Of a stretch of 64,000 nt of DNA, positions 1 through 11,928 are shown one piece after another. The DNA comes from Amoebidium appalachense (Eukaryota > Protista > Ichthyosporea), in NCBI GenBank assembly GCA_963693365.1, contig CAVNZM010000016.1:1619538-1683537 (forward strand), read 5' to 3'. Both the position numbers and the translations under genes were made by a program. The stretch's first letter is position 1. The number at the start of each line of letters is the position of its first letter. The notes under the pieces are model-generated. The model ran no database searches and was not told where the DNA came from. It saw only the letters and a program-made list of their open reading frames with translations.

Positions 1-1024
1 TCACCGTGAGCGCAATCTTTATTGCCGGCATACCTATATTCGAGGGCACGCGCTTTTTTCTATGACCCAAGGCTTTAGACCAAAGGACAATCTCTCTTGT
101 GTAAGAAAATACGTCAAAGTGCTTTGTTCAGTAGTGCCACAGGTGCCGCAGTAGAGGGATTTTTGACATGTCCAGCAGAAGCTAACGATAATCCGACATT
201 GAGCGTTCTAGACGCGTGATCTCTCACCAATTAAAAAGGCGCATGTAAATATGATGTTGAACGAAGCAGCATGAAGGCTCGTGCAACACCGCCGCATATC
301 ATGTAGAAAGTAATGGGCTGGCCGGTGGCCAATGGTTTCTCGCTATTTTTTTTTTTTAAGTTACAATTTTGTTAGTTTGTAAGGTAACAAAAAACTCTAA
401 AAGTCTGCATACATACATATACATACTGACAAAACCTAGGGATGCCCAGATCTCCTGGGGAGGTCCTCCTATTTATCCAATCAGCAATAACCATTTTAGA
501 TTTTAAATCACCGTGTATGCACGATCTAAGGGTTGGCCCTTTGCTTCTAGTCTGACGGGAACGCTGTATACGCCACCAGTTTCGTCCTTTATTTTCTTCG
601 TTTTATCGGGAAAAAAAACATCCGTTTGAAAAATAGAGAGAGAGCAAAGCAAGAGAGACAGCGTTACACATTTGTGCGGATGGCACTAGACTGTTAGGTA
701 TACTCCGTTCTGTTTTACAGGTATAGAGGATAGAAGAAAAATGCTTGAAAGCTGATGTTTTTTTGGTGATTCTCTTCCTTGTATTAGACCTCGGTCAACT
801 GCATGGTGACAGCTGAGAATACGCTCAACACGTTAACTCTTTGTTCCTGGACTGTGCAGTGGTTTTCGAAGTTGGATAATTCTCTTTGAATTTTTTTTCT
901 AGCATAACTTTTTTTCTTTTGCCTTTTTCATGTAGGTCAAAGCACACCTCTGAGCCTGTTTTCCAGGTTTCCTGTTTCGCAAACTTTTCTTGATGTTTTG
1001 GCGCCCCAGTTTCGCGCCGGCGAG

Positions 1025-2740
1025 ATGAAGACCATGGGGCGAACCCTCTACCAGTGCAGTGTGTGCGATGCGAACCCAAGCAAACGTCATAACGTAGAAA
1101 GGCATGTTTGGCTACAGCATGTTCGCAAATGGATGAACCTTCGCACACAGGAGTACCAGGTATCCATGCACAAAAAGTATGTCGAGCGCTACATTCGAAA
1201 GCAGTCGGAGGCTGGAGGCACACTGCACAGTGCCCCAGAGGATTATCCTCCAGGCGAATTTCAGCCTCTCCCATTCAAGGAGGAGCAGAGAGTCGTAAAA
1301 TTCGAGCAGGAATACGAAGAGGCTGCCTATAACGAGCAGCCGGATGGCAACTTGGAGCAAGAAACATACTTGTCTGACGCAAACGTAAGCATGAACGGTA
1401 GTTACGCAAACACGCTTCCCTCACTCCCTCTTTCTTTTGTGAAACCTGAGGTTAGCCCGGATACGACGCCGCAAAGCCGTATAGGTAGCCCTCCTCAGAG
1501 CCCGAATAGCGGTGCCTCTCAGACAGCGGCTGGGGATTTTGGTTTTGGGGACATGACAGCACCACCTTTGCCACAGACAGACATGAACGTGTATGGCTCC
1601 CTAGAGCCGAAACCGGACCTTTTCCCTAATGAATTGTCGTCGGAAAACGCAACACCTGAACAGGATGATGGTGCTGCTGATGCTGCCCCGGTTGTTTTTG
1701 AAAATTATCTTGCGCAGTTGGCGCAGAACAACATTAACCATTATAAACAGGCACAAGCAGCGGTAGCTCGCACATTGTCGTCCTCGGGTAGTGATTTGAC
1801 CGGACAGTCGTCGTTGCAATTCGACAGCAGTCAGAGCATGTCAAATCCATACGCGGCAATGCAGACACCCGGCAGTTATCCGTCGGTTTCCCCACCACTC
1901 CAGCAAACGATGCAGATGCCACAACAAGAGCAAAACGCCCCAATGCAGCCAGCCATGTTTTTACCGCAGCTCGCACAGCCGCAGGCACAGGTGCCGTCAA
2001 GCACGGCAGAGGGGAGCATGTACCAGATGCCGGGCATTGGGGGGCCCAACCAGCAGTTGGAAAGCATGTACTTGCACCTGATGGCTGGATACGCGGTCGG
2101 CATAAACCCGGCACAGGTGAGCAAAGACGGTGTGTGAGTATGGGTGGGCGGGGTTGGTGTCTGCGGTTCCCTTTTTTTTTTTCCTTTTTTTTTTTTTTTT
2201 CTTTTTTTTTTTTTTCCTTGGTGCCATATTTCTTTCCACCTGTAGTATGTTGCTTTTTTTGCAGTGATGGCGGTGACACAGGCGAGGAAGACGGTGGGTG
2301 GGTGGGTGCAGTGTCAGTGCTGACTGTTCTTTTTGTCTGTTTTTCTTTTTTTCTGCCTTTTTGGCGCCTTTTTCTTCCCTGGCATATGTTGCCTTTTGTC
2401 AGTGGTGGAGGCTTTGTGTTCAGGATCATATTTTTTACACACTGTTCTGTGGGAATGTGGATGCTTTTTTTTTTGTGTGTGTGTGTGTGTGTGTGTTTGT
2501 GTATTTGTGCTTGTGCGTGCACAGGGTTGTGTTTCAATATAAATTAATTTGAGGGAAGTGTAGGTGTGTGTGGTAATTGGGTCTACGGTTGTTTGCCAAC
2601 TCTTTGTGCTCGTTAGCCTTTATTCGCTCTTCTCCCTCCTCTCTCTTGTTCTTCTTCTCGTTCTTCTTCTTCTTTTTTTTTTTTGTTCTTTTGTGTTCGT
2701 TTTCTCACTGTGCTTTCAACAGTTTCGGGCATCAAGCTGA
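1025..2740 (+). CDS. C2H2 zinc-finger protein with Q/P/S-rich C-terminal region (putative transcription factor)
   Basis: The long non-repetitive ORF 998-2137 contains YQCSVCDANPSKRHNVERHVWLQH (C2H2 spacing) followed by acidic and Q/P-rich regions. First in-frame ATG is 1025. A probable phase-0 donor CAG|GTGAGC after 2116 splices to a strong pyrimidine acceptor (ttcaacag|2723), giving the terminal exon FRASS* (2723-2740). The 5' end may extend through short upstream exons (acceptors ending at 935 and 1009). Confidence 0.75.
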
Positions 2741-3599
2741 ATGCAGTCCTCACCCCTGCACAAGAGTTACAGCCGGAGCCAAGGAGCACTTTAACGCTGG
2801 TTGGCTCTAGCCTTTGTGCTCTGTCTTTAATAATATGCACCGAATGCCACAGCATCTCAGTTTATATGAAGTGTAAACCGCAGGGAAAGGGTTATAGATG
2901 CCCTCTGATTAGATGATTTATATCGACGTGTCTCTTTCCACTTCTATAAAATATATTTCCTTCGCCTTTTTTCTTCTTTTTTCTTTTTCCTGCCCCATGA
3001 GGCATGACTGCACCATGGGTTGCTGAGCACATGCTGAACTGCTATAGGTTTCCTGTACCTGCTTCTATTTAACGACAAATTTATTTGCTGTTTAAACCTA
3101 TCTGTGTTCGAATTGAAGTGTTACGAGCTCTTAGAAGGAAAAGAGCACATTCCATATTCCAGTGATGTAGATTTTTTTTTAACTCTTTTACGAAATATGC
3201 TCCCGCATAAGTAGTTGTGTATCTTGCAGGTGTAAACGAAAGCCTTGCAGTTTTGTGGTGTGCAAATAGACAACACATGTATTGTTATGCTGGATGAAAT
3301 ATGCCTATCAATATATACAAATGAGGACGACCAGGCGTCTTTTTGGTACATGGGACGACTTCATTGCCCATGCGTGTCGTTTTTTGCCTTCTCTCTGTCA
3401 TTTTGTCTTATCTGCTTGTGATTATTTCCACCCCCCCCCCCCCCCATGCAACCGGGCATGGTTGCTCTGTGTCGTGCATCTGTAAGCACATACGCGTTTG
3501 TCGCTGCACTGCATTAGTTTGCACACACATCTTCACCGTTTTGCTCACCTTCCTTGCACAAGCAACCCTGCTCGTCTTTGATCAAGACGGGTTGACCCA

Positions 3600-3843
3600 C
3601 CCAAGTTCAGTTGATGCTGCTGTCTGAGTTGGAGCGTCGTATATACGCGGGCTAAGGGGTCGAAACTCAGACGCAATTGATGACTTGGGCCCTCCCTGAG
3701 GATGGGCTCTGCTTATGACGCATACTGTGCGCATGGCTGATGCTGCATACTTGAATGTTTGCCTTTGCATGTGTCCTGCACCATGCTTCTCGTCGTGTAT
3801 GCGTACTTCGTACTGTGTTCCGCATTCAACACCCCCCCCCCCC

Positions 3844-3860
<17 letters not shown>
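3600..3860 (+). mobile_element. SINE-like short interspersed element, longest copy (structured head, ~140-nt body, poly-C tail)
   Basis: 3691-3829 matches the reverse complement of 49792-49930 with 3 mismatches by eye. It ends GCATTCAA followed by poly-C. 3600-3689 folds into a hairpin with degenerate A-box-like and B-box-like motifs. Confidence 0.6.
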
Positions 3861-3874
<14 letters not shown>

Positions 3875-4099
3875 ACACACATCCTCCCTCCCTCCCTTTT
3901 CACTACATCCACATGCATGCAGCATGCAAAGTCACACATACACGCATGCACGCACGCACACGCTGGTGCAAGCAGTCTACCTCTACGTCATGTGGGCTAC
4001 GGGCCATTGACTATTTTTTTACGGTAATCTATTTTTATAACTCCCTTGCCCGTAGCCCACATGACGTAGAGGCATGCATGTGGTTGTAGTGAAAATGGA

Positions 4100-5332
4100 G
4101 GGAGGGAGGATGTGTGTGTGTGTTTGTGTTTTTGTGTGTGTAGCACACAAATTAGAGTGCGCGTTGTGACACTATAAAGCTGGGTGCGAGCCAGCCACTT
4201 GGACTAGATGGGATTGGGGGGAGGAGGGAAAGGGGGGTTTCACGGAAAAATTTGGCACCAGGAAACTTTTGGACGGGATGTTGAATTTATTTTGTTGAAG
4301 TGGTTTTCACCGGTTATTTTCGTGCTCATTGGTAATGTTGATAAATATGACGAAAAACAGTTCTAATAGCTGTTTTTGTTGAGTTTCTAAGATGTTTTGG
4401 GTAGCTAAAGAAAGTCAAATTTGAGTCCCTTTAACCCCCCCCCCCCCCCCCCCCCCCCGGCGTAATGAAGGGGCGGAGGGGGGAGGGGGGGGGGCGGGGA
4501 TTATTGCAAGTGGAAGCTGGAGTCGACTAAGTAAAGATATGCCGCATAGGACTGAAATACTACAGAGCATCACAAACACCTAAACAGGCTAATGAGTATT
4601 TGGCCAAACTTTGGTAAGTTGAAACAGAACAAGAGGCAAAACTCACAAGGTTAGGTTTTCCTTTTCAGTCTAGGGAGACGACCTATGTAGCACAAAAATT
4701 TCCTGTGGCCAGGGGGGAGGGGCCTAGGAGAGAGAACCAGAGATAAGGATCCGGAGAGGGAGAGAAACCATACAGAGCATGACAAACTGTAGTGTGGTTT
4801 AGGAAGGGGGAGGGAAGGGGAGGGGGGGGAAGGGAGAGGTTTAGGGGAGCGGTAGAGAGGGGAATTATGGGGGAGTGTTATTAGTAGCACATGAAAGCAC
4901 TATCAGATAATGCTCTTATATAATGCATATATGTGCTAGGCATCCTGCAGGGAGGGGAGGGGGTGGGTTGGGGGCGGGGGCAGTCATCAAGATCAAGAAA
5001 ACTTTTCAGCCCCAAAGGAGCACATGATCCCAAAGCCTAGCCTCGGTGCATGCTCTTTAACACCTTCAACCACTTTTGCTAGGGTGCAACTTGTCTCGGT
5101 AGGGACTCTAAATGATAACGACCGCCTCTGTATACATGAACACAACGGCATGCGGCATGGATGGTTTTTATTGACAAATTGTAGAACAAAAACGAGGCTG
5201 TCATTTTTTTTGCCCCTAGTGGGTGTAGTCCCACAATCAAATGAAAAAACTGCTGCTGTCGAGCTGTTGGGTGCGACCTGAAGTTCAGTCGGGTGGCTAG
5301 CCCCTGAGCTTTACGGCCTCAAATGCAAAACT

Positions 5333-5363
<31 letters not shown>

Positions 5364-5801
5364 AAACGGATATGTGTGGGTGGGTGGGGGGGGGGGGGGG
5401 GGGGGAGGAGGAGGAGGGGGGATGGTATACGGTAGCCATGCAACTATCTGGTTATTTACAAGAATAGTGAATAGACAGGCCCCCCATCCCCTCCGTTCCC
5501 TTCCCCTTCACCCCCTCTCCTCCCCTCCCCCCTCCGCCCCACCCCGCTTGTGTGCACCAACTCACAGTATTCTGTACGCACTACACAGACACGCGTGGGC
5601 ATGCATAGACCCACTGTGGCACCTGTTGGTGCGCGCCCTTTCACACAAACAAACTGAGAATGCGTGTTATAACACTAGCAAAGCCGGGTGCAAGCCCGTG
5701 ACTTGGGCTTGACTAAATATGGGAAGGGGGGGGCGGGGGGAGGGGGTGGGGGGGATTGGGGGAGGGGGAGGCGGGGGGGAGGGGGGAGGAGGAGGGGGAA
5801 A

Positions 5802-5838
<37 letters not shown>

Positions 5839-6163
5839 ATAGGAGGAAGGGCGGGGGGAGCAGGGGGGGAGGAGGGGGGGAGGGAGGGGGGTGAGGGCGG
5901 GGGGAGGGGGGGGGGGGGGGGGGGGGGGGGACCGGTACTAAAGATGGGGATCCGGGGATAGAGGGAAGCGTACAGAGCATGACTGTCACAAGCTGTGGTT
6001 ACTACCGGGGAGGGGAGTGGGCGGGAAGGGGGTTTTTGGGGGAATCCTGGGGGGTGGGGGGGGGGGGAGCGGGGGGGCCACCGGAGAATGTTGTCAAAAG
6101 TACACCAAAGCGTCAATACGATAAAGCTCTTATAAAATGCATTATGGGCAGAGCCCTTCTGGT

Positions 6164-6200
<37 letters not shown>

Positions 6201-7179
6201 GGGGGGGGAGGGGGGGCGGGAGGGGGAGGGGAGGGGGGGGGGGGAGGGGGGGCGGGGAGGGGGGGAGGGGAGGGGGGGGGGTGGGGGTACGTGACCTGGA
6301 AGCAGCAGAGTGGCATGAAAGGTTCAACTTGTAAGAAAAAGATTGCCCATTTTTTCCCGGTGGTGTGCGTCCCTTGGCAAACAAATAAAGAGACGACTGT
6401 TTTAATGCTGTAGAATGTGCCATGAAGTTCAGTCGGGTGGCCAGCCCTCAATCTGAGCTTGACGGTTCTATGAAGTCAAATGCTCAAGGTAGCAAAGTAC
6501 CTGTTAGTGGCCACCCACTAATCGTACCAGCTAAAAGTTTTCGTTCGTTCTATACAGAGCAGTTCTCTTGAAACATCGAGCATGTGTTTTGTCTATATAT
6601 GGGCCACAAATGATTCTCCTACATGCTCGTTTAAGGAGATGCCTGTTGCTTTTCCCCTGCACTTTGGCGTGGCATCGCAACAAACAATGATTTTATGAGC
6701 CTTAGGCAGCATTTTATCCCTTTGAGTGCACATCCCCCGGTTCTACCCATCAAGGCCCTTCAGGCTTGCTAGGGGATCTGATTGGTGTGTTCAACTTTAG
6801 GTGTGTGTAAAGTATTTTTTTCTTTGGCGCAGGGGGGCAGAGTGGGGAGGGAGGGACAGCCACCTCCTTAGGGGGTGGGGGGGGGGAGGGGAGGTGGCGG
6901 GGAGACAGCCACCCCCCCACCCCCGCCTACCCTTCCCTTCCCCCTCCCCCCCCCCGGGGGGGGGGGGGGGGGTAGGTTGGGGTAGGCCGGGGGTGGATGC
7001 CCCTAGGCCTCCCCCTCCTCTCCCCCCCCCCCTCACCTTGCCTCTCCCACCCACACCCTTCATTATTAACCGCAACCCCGAGGCATGACGTGGATATCGA
7101 CACATACATACTGTATCCACAAAAAGACACACACGCATGCGTATGCACGAGTCTAGCAGCGCGCACACAGTGGCATCGG

Positions 7180-7264
<85 letters not shown>

Positions 7265-7580
7265 GGAGTACACGTTATTACAATAGTAAAGCTGGGTGCG
7301 AGCAAGAAAACATCTTGGGACCAGAATTGATGGGGTGGAGGGGGGAGGAGTGGGGACCCGGTGGCCAGATATAGAATATCCAGAGAAGGGGAGAAAGCAT
7401 ACAGAGCGTGGCAAGTTGTGATCAAAGTAGGAGGACGGAAGGGAGAAAGAGAAAGGGAAGAATATGGTTGGGGGGGGGGGGGGGGGGGGAGGGGGGGATC
7501 TTCGGGGAATGTTATCAATAGCACACGAGCACATTTAGATGAAGCTCTTATATAGGGCATTATGAGCAGAACCATTCTCT

Positions 7581-7614
<34 letters not shown>

Positions 7615-7620
7615 CCACAT
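4100..7620. repeat. Degenerate three-copy tandem module
   Basis: Motifs recur in the same order: AAAGCYGGGTGCRAGC (~4176, 5680, 7288), TACAGAGCRTG (4771, 5971, 7400), GAT.A.GCTCTTATA (~4907, 6120, 7538), and TGAAGTTCAGTCGGGTGGC (5279, 6423). Confidence 0.65.
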
Positions 7621-7847
7621 ACACGCACCCCACAAAAGTGCCGCTGCGAATGCTACGCAGTATAGTATTACTCACTAGCAACGTGGAGTTTCGAGGTCCA
7701 GATCAGTATCAAAATGCACCTAACTGAGAAACGTTTTCTTCTGGGCTCGGCAAGCTCTGGGATATAGGGAGGTTCATATGGCAGCCAGCCCCACTTCTTT
7801 TTCTAGGTCAACCCCCCCCCCCCCCCCCCCTCTCTCTCTCTCTTTCT

Positions 7848-7893
<46 letters not shown>

Positions 7894-7997
7894 TTCTCTC
7901 GTCTCATTCTTTTTCTGTCCCCCCCCCTATCCCTCCCCCCTCCCCCCCCCCCCCCCCGCCCCAGAAAAAAGGGGAAAAAAAGAATGCAGGCATACGT

Positions 7998-8108
<111 letters not shown>

Positions 8109-8246
8109 CGTGTGTGTGCTGCCTGCATGCCGGTTTCGTCTTTTTTTTTACTTTTTTTTTTCCGGGGGGGGGGGGGGGAGTGAGGGAGGAGCGGGAGGGG
8201 CGGGGGGAGAAGGGGAGGGTGAGGGGTTGGGTAGCCTACGTGGGGG

Positions 8247-8673
8247 GAGGGCCCAACCATATCGGCTGAGTCAACTTGCACCCGAGCAGAATTATTCTGC
8301 AAAAAGCAGAATTATTCTGTAAACAGCAGAATTATTCTGCTAAAAGCAGGATTATTTAGTAAAGCAGAATTATTCTACAAAGCAGAATCGATCTGCTAAA
8401 CGCGAAATCAATCTGCTAGAAGCAGAATTACTCCGCTAAAAGCAGAATAATTCCGCTAAGAAGAATTGTTCTGCTGTCGAAAGCAGAATAATTCTGCTTT
8501 TTGCGGAATTTAGCAGAATAATTCGGCTAACTTGAAAGCAGAGTGATTCTGCGAATAACTCTGCTAAAAGAAGAGTGATCCTGCTTATGCAGAATAATTC
8601 TGCTTTTTGCAGAATAATTCGGCTTTTGCAGAAGAATTCTGCTTTTGCAAGTTGACCCTGCCGTTTGGCCCTG
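8247..8673. mobile_element. MITE-like element with imperfect TIRs and an internal array of GCAGAATWATTCTGC palindromes
   Basis: Left end GAGGGCCCAACCATATCGGCTGAGTCAACTTGCA; right end reverse-complements to CAGGGCCAAACGGCAGGGTCAACTTGCA. The interior (8286-8645) is roughly 17 degenerate ~20-nt units. No clean TSD seen. Confidence 0.7.
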
Positions 8674-8728
8674 GTCTGGGGGTGGGGGTGGGCGGTGGGG
8701 GTAGGGGGTGGGGGGTGGTGGTGGTGGT

Positions 8729-8765
<37 letters not shown>

Positions 8766-9012
8766 GGGGAGGGGGGGGGGGGGGGGGGGCGGGGGGGCTG
8801 AAAGGGGGTGGGTTAAAGGGGACAGTGAGAGAGGGAGAAGAGAGGGTGGGGGGGATGGGGGGGGGCCCCGGGGGGGGGGGGGGGGGGGGGGGGGGACTGG
8901 GGATAGGGGTAAAGCAAAGAGACAAGTAGATGGGAAAGGGGAAGGGAGGATGCAAAAGGATGTGTAGAGCTGTGTGTGACAGTAAAAATGCAAGCATGTA
9001 CACAGCACACAC

Positions 9013-9519
9013 CTCGATGTAGAGTTTGTGACGGAGCCCTGTCACGAGCAGCTTGCGCAGGGCCGGCAGTTTCAGCACCCCGGCAATGAAGAAGGTTGAT
9101 AAGGGAGGCATGTTGCCGAAGTTGACGTGCAGGTAGGTCACATGGGGGAAGCCGTCCCCCGAGTTGGCGAAGACTAATAGGTTTGGCAGGGTATATTGGT
9201 CCAAGGACAAGCGGGTCAAGTGGGGCAGAACGTCGTCTATGGCACGCACAGCCGCAGGGCATGCATGCAGCAGCCGCATGCTGCACAGTTTCGGTGCCTG
9301 GTCCAGAATCCGGGGTATTGCCGCCCTATGAACCTTATTTCCGTCCATTGTCACATGGCTGAGCTTCTTCAGCACCTCCCCAACCCCCACCAGCTGCTCC
9401 AGGCCTGACTCTGGAACCATGCTGCCAATGCTCAGTTTCTTGAGCTGGAAGTTGCGCCAATAGAACTTAAGGTCGAGGTTGGGCACGTCCACGTGGACAT
9501 CTGTGAGGCTGGTGGGATG
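9013..9519 (-). pseudogene. Orphan LRR exon (F-box/LRR family copy C), open frame with intact splice sites
   Basis: (CA)n-CAG acceptor at 9520-9522; 169 open codons (…VPNLDLKFYWRNFQLKKLSIGSMVPESGLEQLVGVGEVLKKLSHV…LKLPALRKLLV…); donor GAG|GTGTGT at 9012. Paralogous to 13640-14188 and 39633-40076. Confidence 0.65.
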
Positions 9520-9573
<54 letters not shown>

Positions 9574-9882
9574 GTGTGTAGGTGCTTGCGTGCGTGCGTG
9601 CATGTGTTGCATGTATGTGTATGTGCGCGTGTACGTGTGTGCGTGTTTGTGTCTATTTAAACGGTGTGTTTGTGCCCGCGTTTGTGTGTGCGTGTGGGTA
9701 GGTGTTGGCATGTGTGTGTGCATGCCCGGGCCCGCCATTTCTTCATGTTTCTACACACAGTATGTGCCTTTACATATGCGTATACATGATGTGCAACCCG
9801 GGCATTGTGTCGAAGCGAGTGTGTTAGGATGTGTGTATGCCAGTGCCGGTGTGTCTGTGTGTGTGTCTGTGTGATACTGTGT

Positions 9883-9922
<40 letters not shown>

Positions 9923-10019
9923 ACGCGCACGCATGCGTACATGTGCATGTGCATGTGTTTGTGTCTATGTGTTTGTGTGTGTGTGTGTGTGTGTGTATGT
10001 GTGTATGTGTGTGTGTGTA

Positions 10020-10062
<43 letters not shown>

Positions 10063-10554
10063 CACACTGAGTGTGTACGTGTGGGCGGCCGGTGGGGATG
10101 GTGGTAGGTGGTGGTGATTAAAAGGGGCAGGGGAGTGGGGGGGGGGGGGGGGGGGGGGGAAAGAATAAAAACCCGACCTTTATGCCGAGAAAAAAAAGAG
10201 CATGATAGAGATGGTGTTTATGTGTATGTGTAACGGAAGGAGAGGTTAGCGAGCTGCCATATCAGGGGAGTGGGGAGGGAACAGAAGACACTCTTCGGAA
10301 GGGAAGGGAGGCAGTCTAGGGAGAAAGGGGAGAGAGAGAGGGGGGGGGGAGAGAGAGAGAGAGAGAGAAGGGGGGCCCCAGGGGGCGGGGAAGGTGGGGG
10401 GGGGGGGGGGGGGGGGGGGGGGGGAGGGGGGGGGAAGGGGGGGGTGATGTTTCTTGTAGAATAAACCATTGTAGTGTTGTTTGTACAACGGCACCCACCT
10501 CCCCCCCCCTCCACCCTCCGGATCCACTGTCGCCGCAAAACATTGTCCCGCTCT

Positions 10555-10965
10555 ACTCACTCATTCACTCACTCACTCACTCACTCACTCACTCGCTGAC
10601 TCACTCACTCACTCACTCACTCACTCACTCACTGACTCACTCACTCACTCACTCACTCACTCACTCACTCACTCACTCACTCACTCACTCACTCACTCAC
10701 TCACTCACTCACTCACTCATTCACTCATTCACTCACTCACTCACTCACCCACTAATAATGTTAACTCACTCACTCACTCACTCACTCACTCACCCACTGA
10801 TAATGTTCATTCACTCACTCACTCACTCACTCACTCACCCACTAATAATCATTGGTTAACTCACTCACTCACTCACTCACTCACTCACCCACTAATAATG
10901 TTAATTCACTCACTCACTCACTCACTCACCCACTAATAATGTTAACTCACTCACTCACTCACTCG
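10555..10965. repeat. (CACT)n tetranucleotide array interrupted by CCCACTAATAATGTTAA units
   Basis: Directly visible; a shorter (CACT)n tract lies at ~60985-61105. Confidence 0.9.
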
Positions 10966-11235
10966 TTCCTCTCCTTACCTCTCTCTCCCTCCCTCCTTCC
11001 TTTGTCACTTCCTTCCTCCCTCCCTCCCTCCCCGCCCTGCGTCCCCTCCCCCCCCCCCCCCTCTCCCTCCCTCCCTCCCTCCCTGCCTCCCTCCCCCCCT
11101 CCCTCTCCCTCCCTCCCTCTCTGCCTCCCTCCCTCCCTCTCCCTCCCTCCCCCCCTCTCCCCCCCCCCCCCCCCTCCCCCTCCTCCCCCCCCCCCCCCCC
11201 CCCACACACACACGCACACACCCATGCACACACAC

Positions 11236-11276
<41 letters not shown>

Positions 11277-11649
11277 GCCCATTTACGACACCTACTATTT
11301 GCCACGCATTTCATTCCTAATGGTTCCTTTCACCACAACCCCTGTCCGCCACTGACACACTCTCACCCGGTTGCATTTCGGCGCCGGCGGTGGTGGTGTT
11401 TGTAGCAACACATGTGGTGGTGGTGGTTTTGCACACATAACATGGCTTGGGCCAAAAACTCCTGGGCTAAGACTGTGTGTATACTAGTGTTTAGAACCGG
11501 GTGATAGGTTATCGTAACGTTAGCTTAGTTGTTTGCACCATCAAGTAATGGCACTCTAGCTATACGGTACTGTGAGTCACGGCTTGTAATGAAAGGCCGG
11601 GCCCCTAATGGAGGCCCCCTCAGAACATAATGGGGTAAAATAAAGATAA

Positions 11650-11896
11650 TTAATATCATTAAAAATGCGCCCAGGTTGTGCACGTGGTGTATGGGTGTGC
11701 ATGTGTATGTGCACACACGTTTGTATGTGTGTGTTGGATGCCACTGGTGGGGAGAGGGGAGGAGGAAAGAGGGGGGGGGGGGGGAGGTGGAGGTTATGGA
11801 TCAGCAGTGCCGTCTGTGTGTGTGGTGTTGGTGGTCATTGTGGGGGTGCTGGTGATGGGCCACCAGGAGGTAGTGGTCGTGTGTGTGTGTGTTTGT

Positions 11897-11928
<32 letters not shown>

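Noticed and set aside
1-330. Possible gene fragment at the window start
   Set aside because: No sustained frame or recognisable motif was found.
3695-3720. CTGAGGA in the SINE-like element as a hammerhead core
   Set aside because: Other copies read TTGAGGA, and no GAAA follows the stem.
8286-8645. CRISPR-like palindromic repeat array
   Set aside because: Spacers are only ~4-6 nt and not unique, there are no cas genes, the context is eukaryotic, and the array is enclosed by TIRs.
10555-10965. Telomeric repeat
   Set aside because: It is an interstitial (CACT)n tetramer, not a TTAGGG-type unit.
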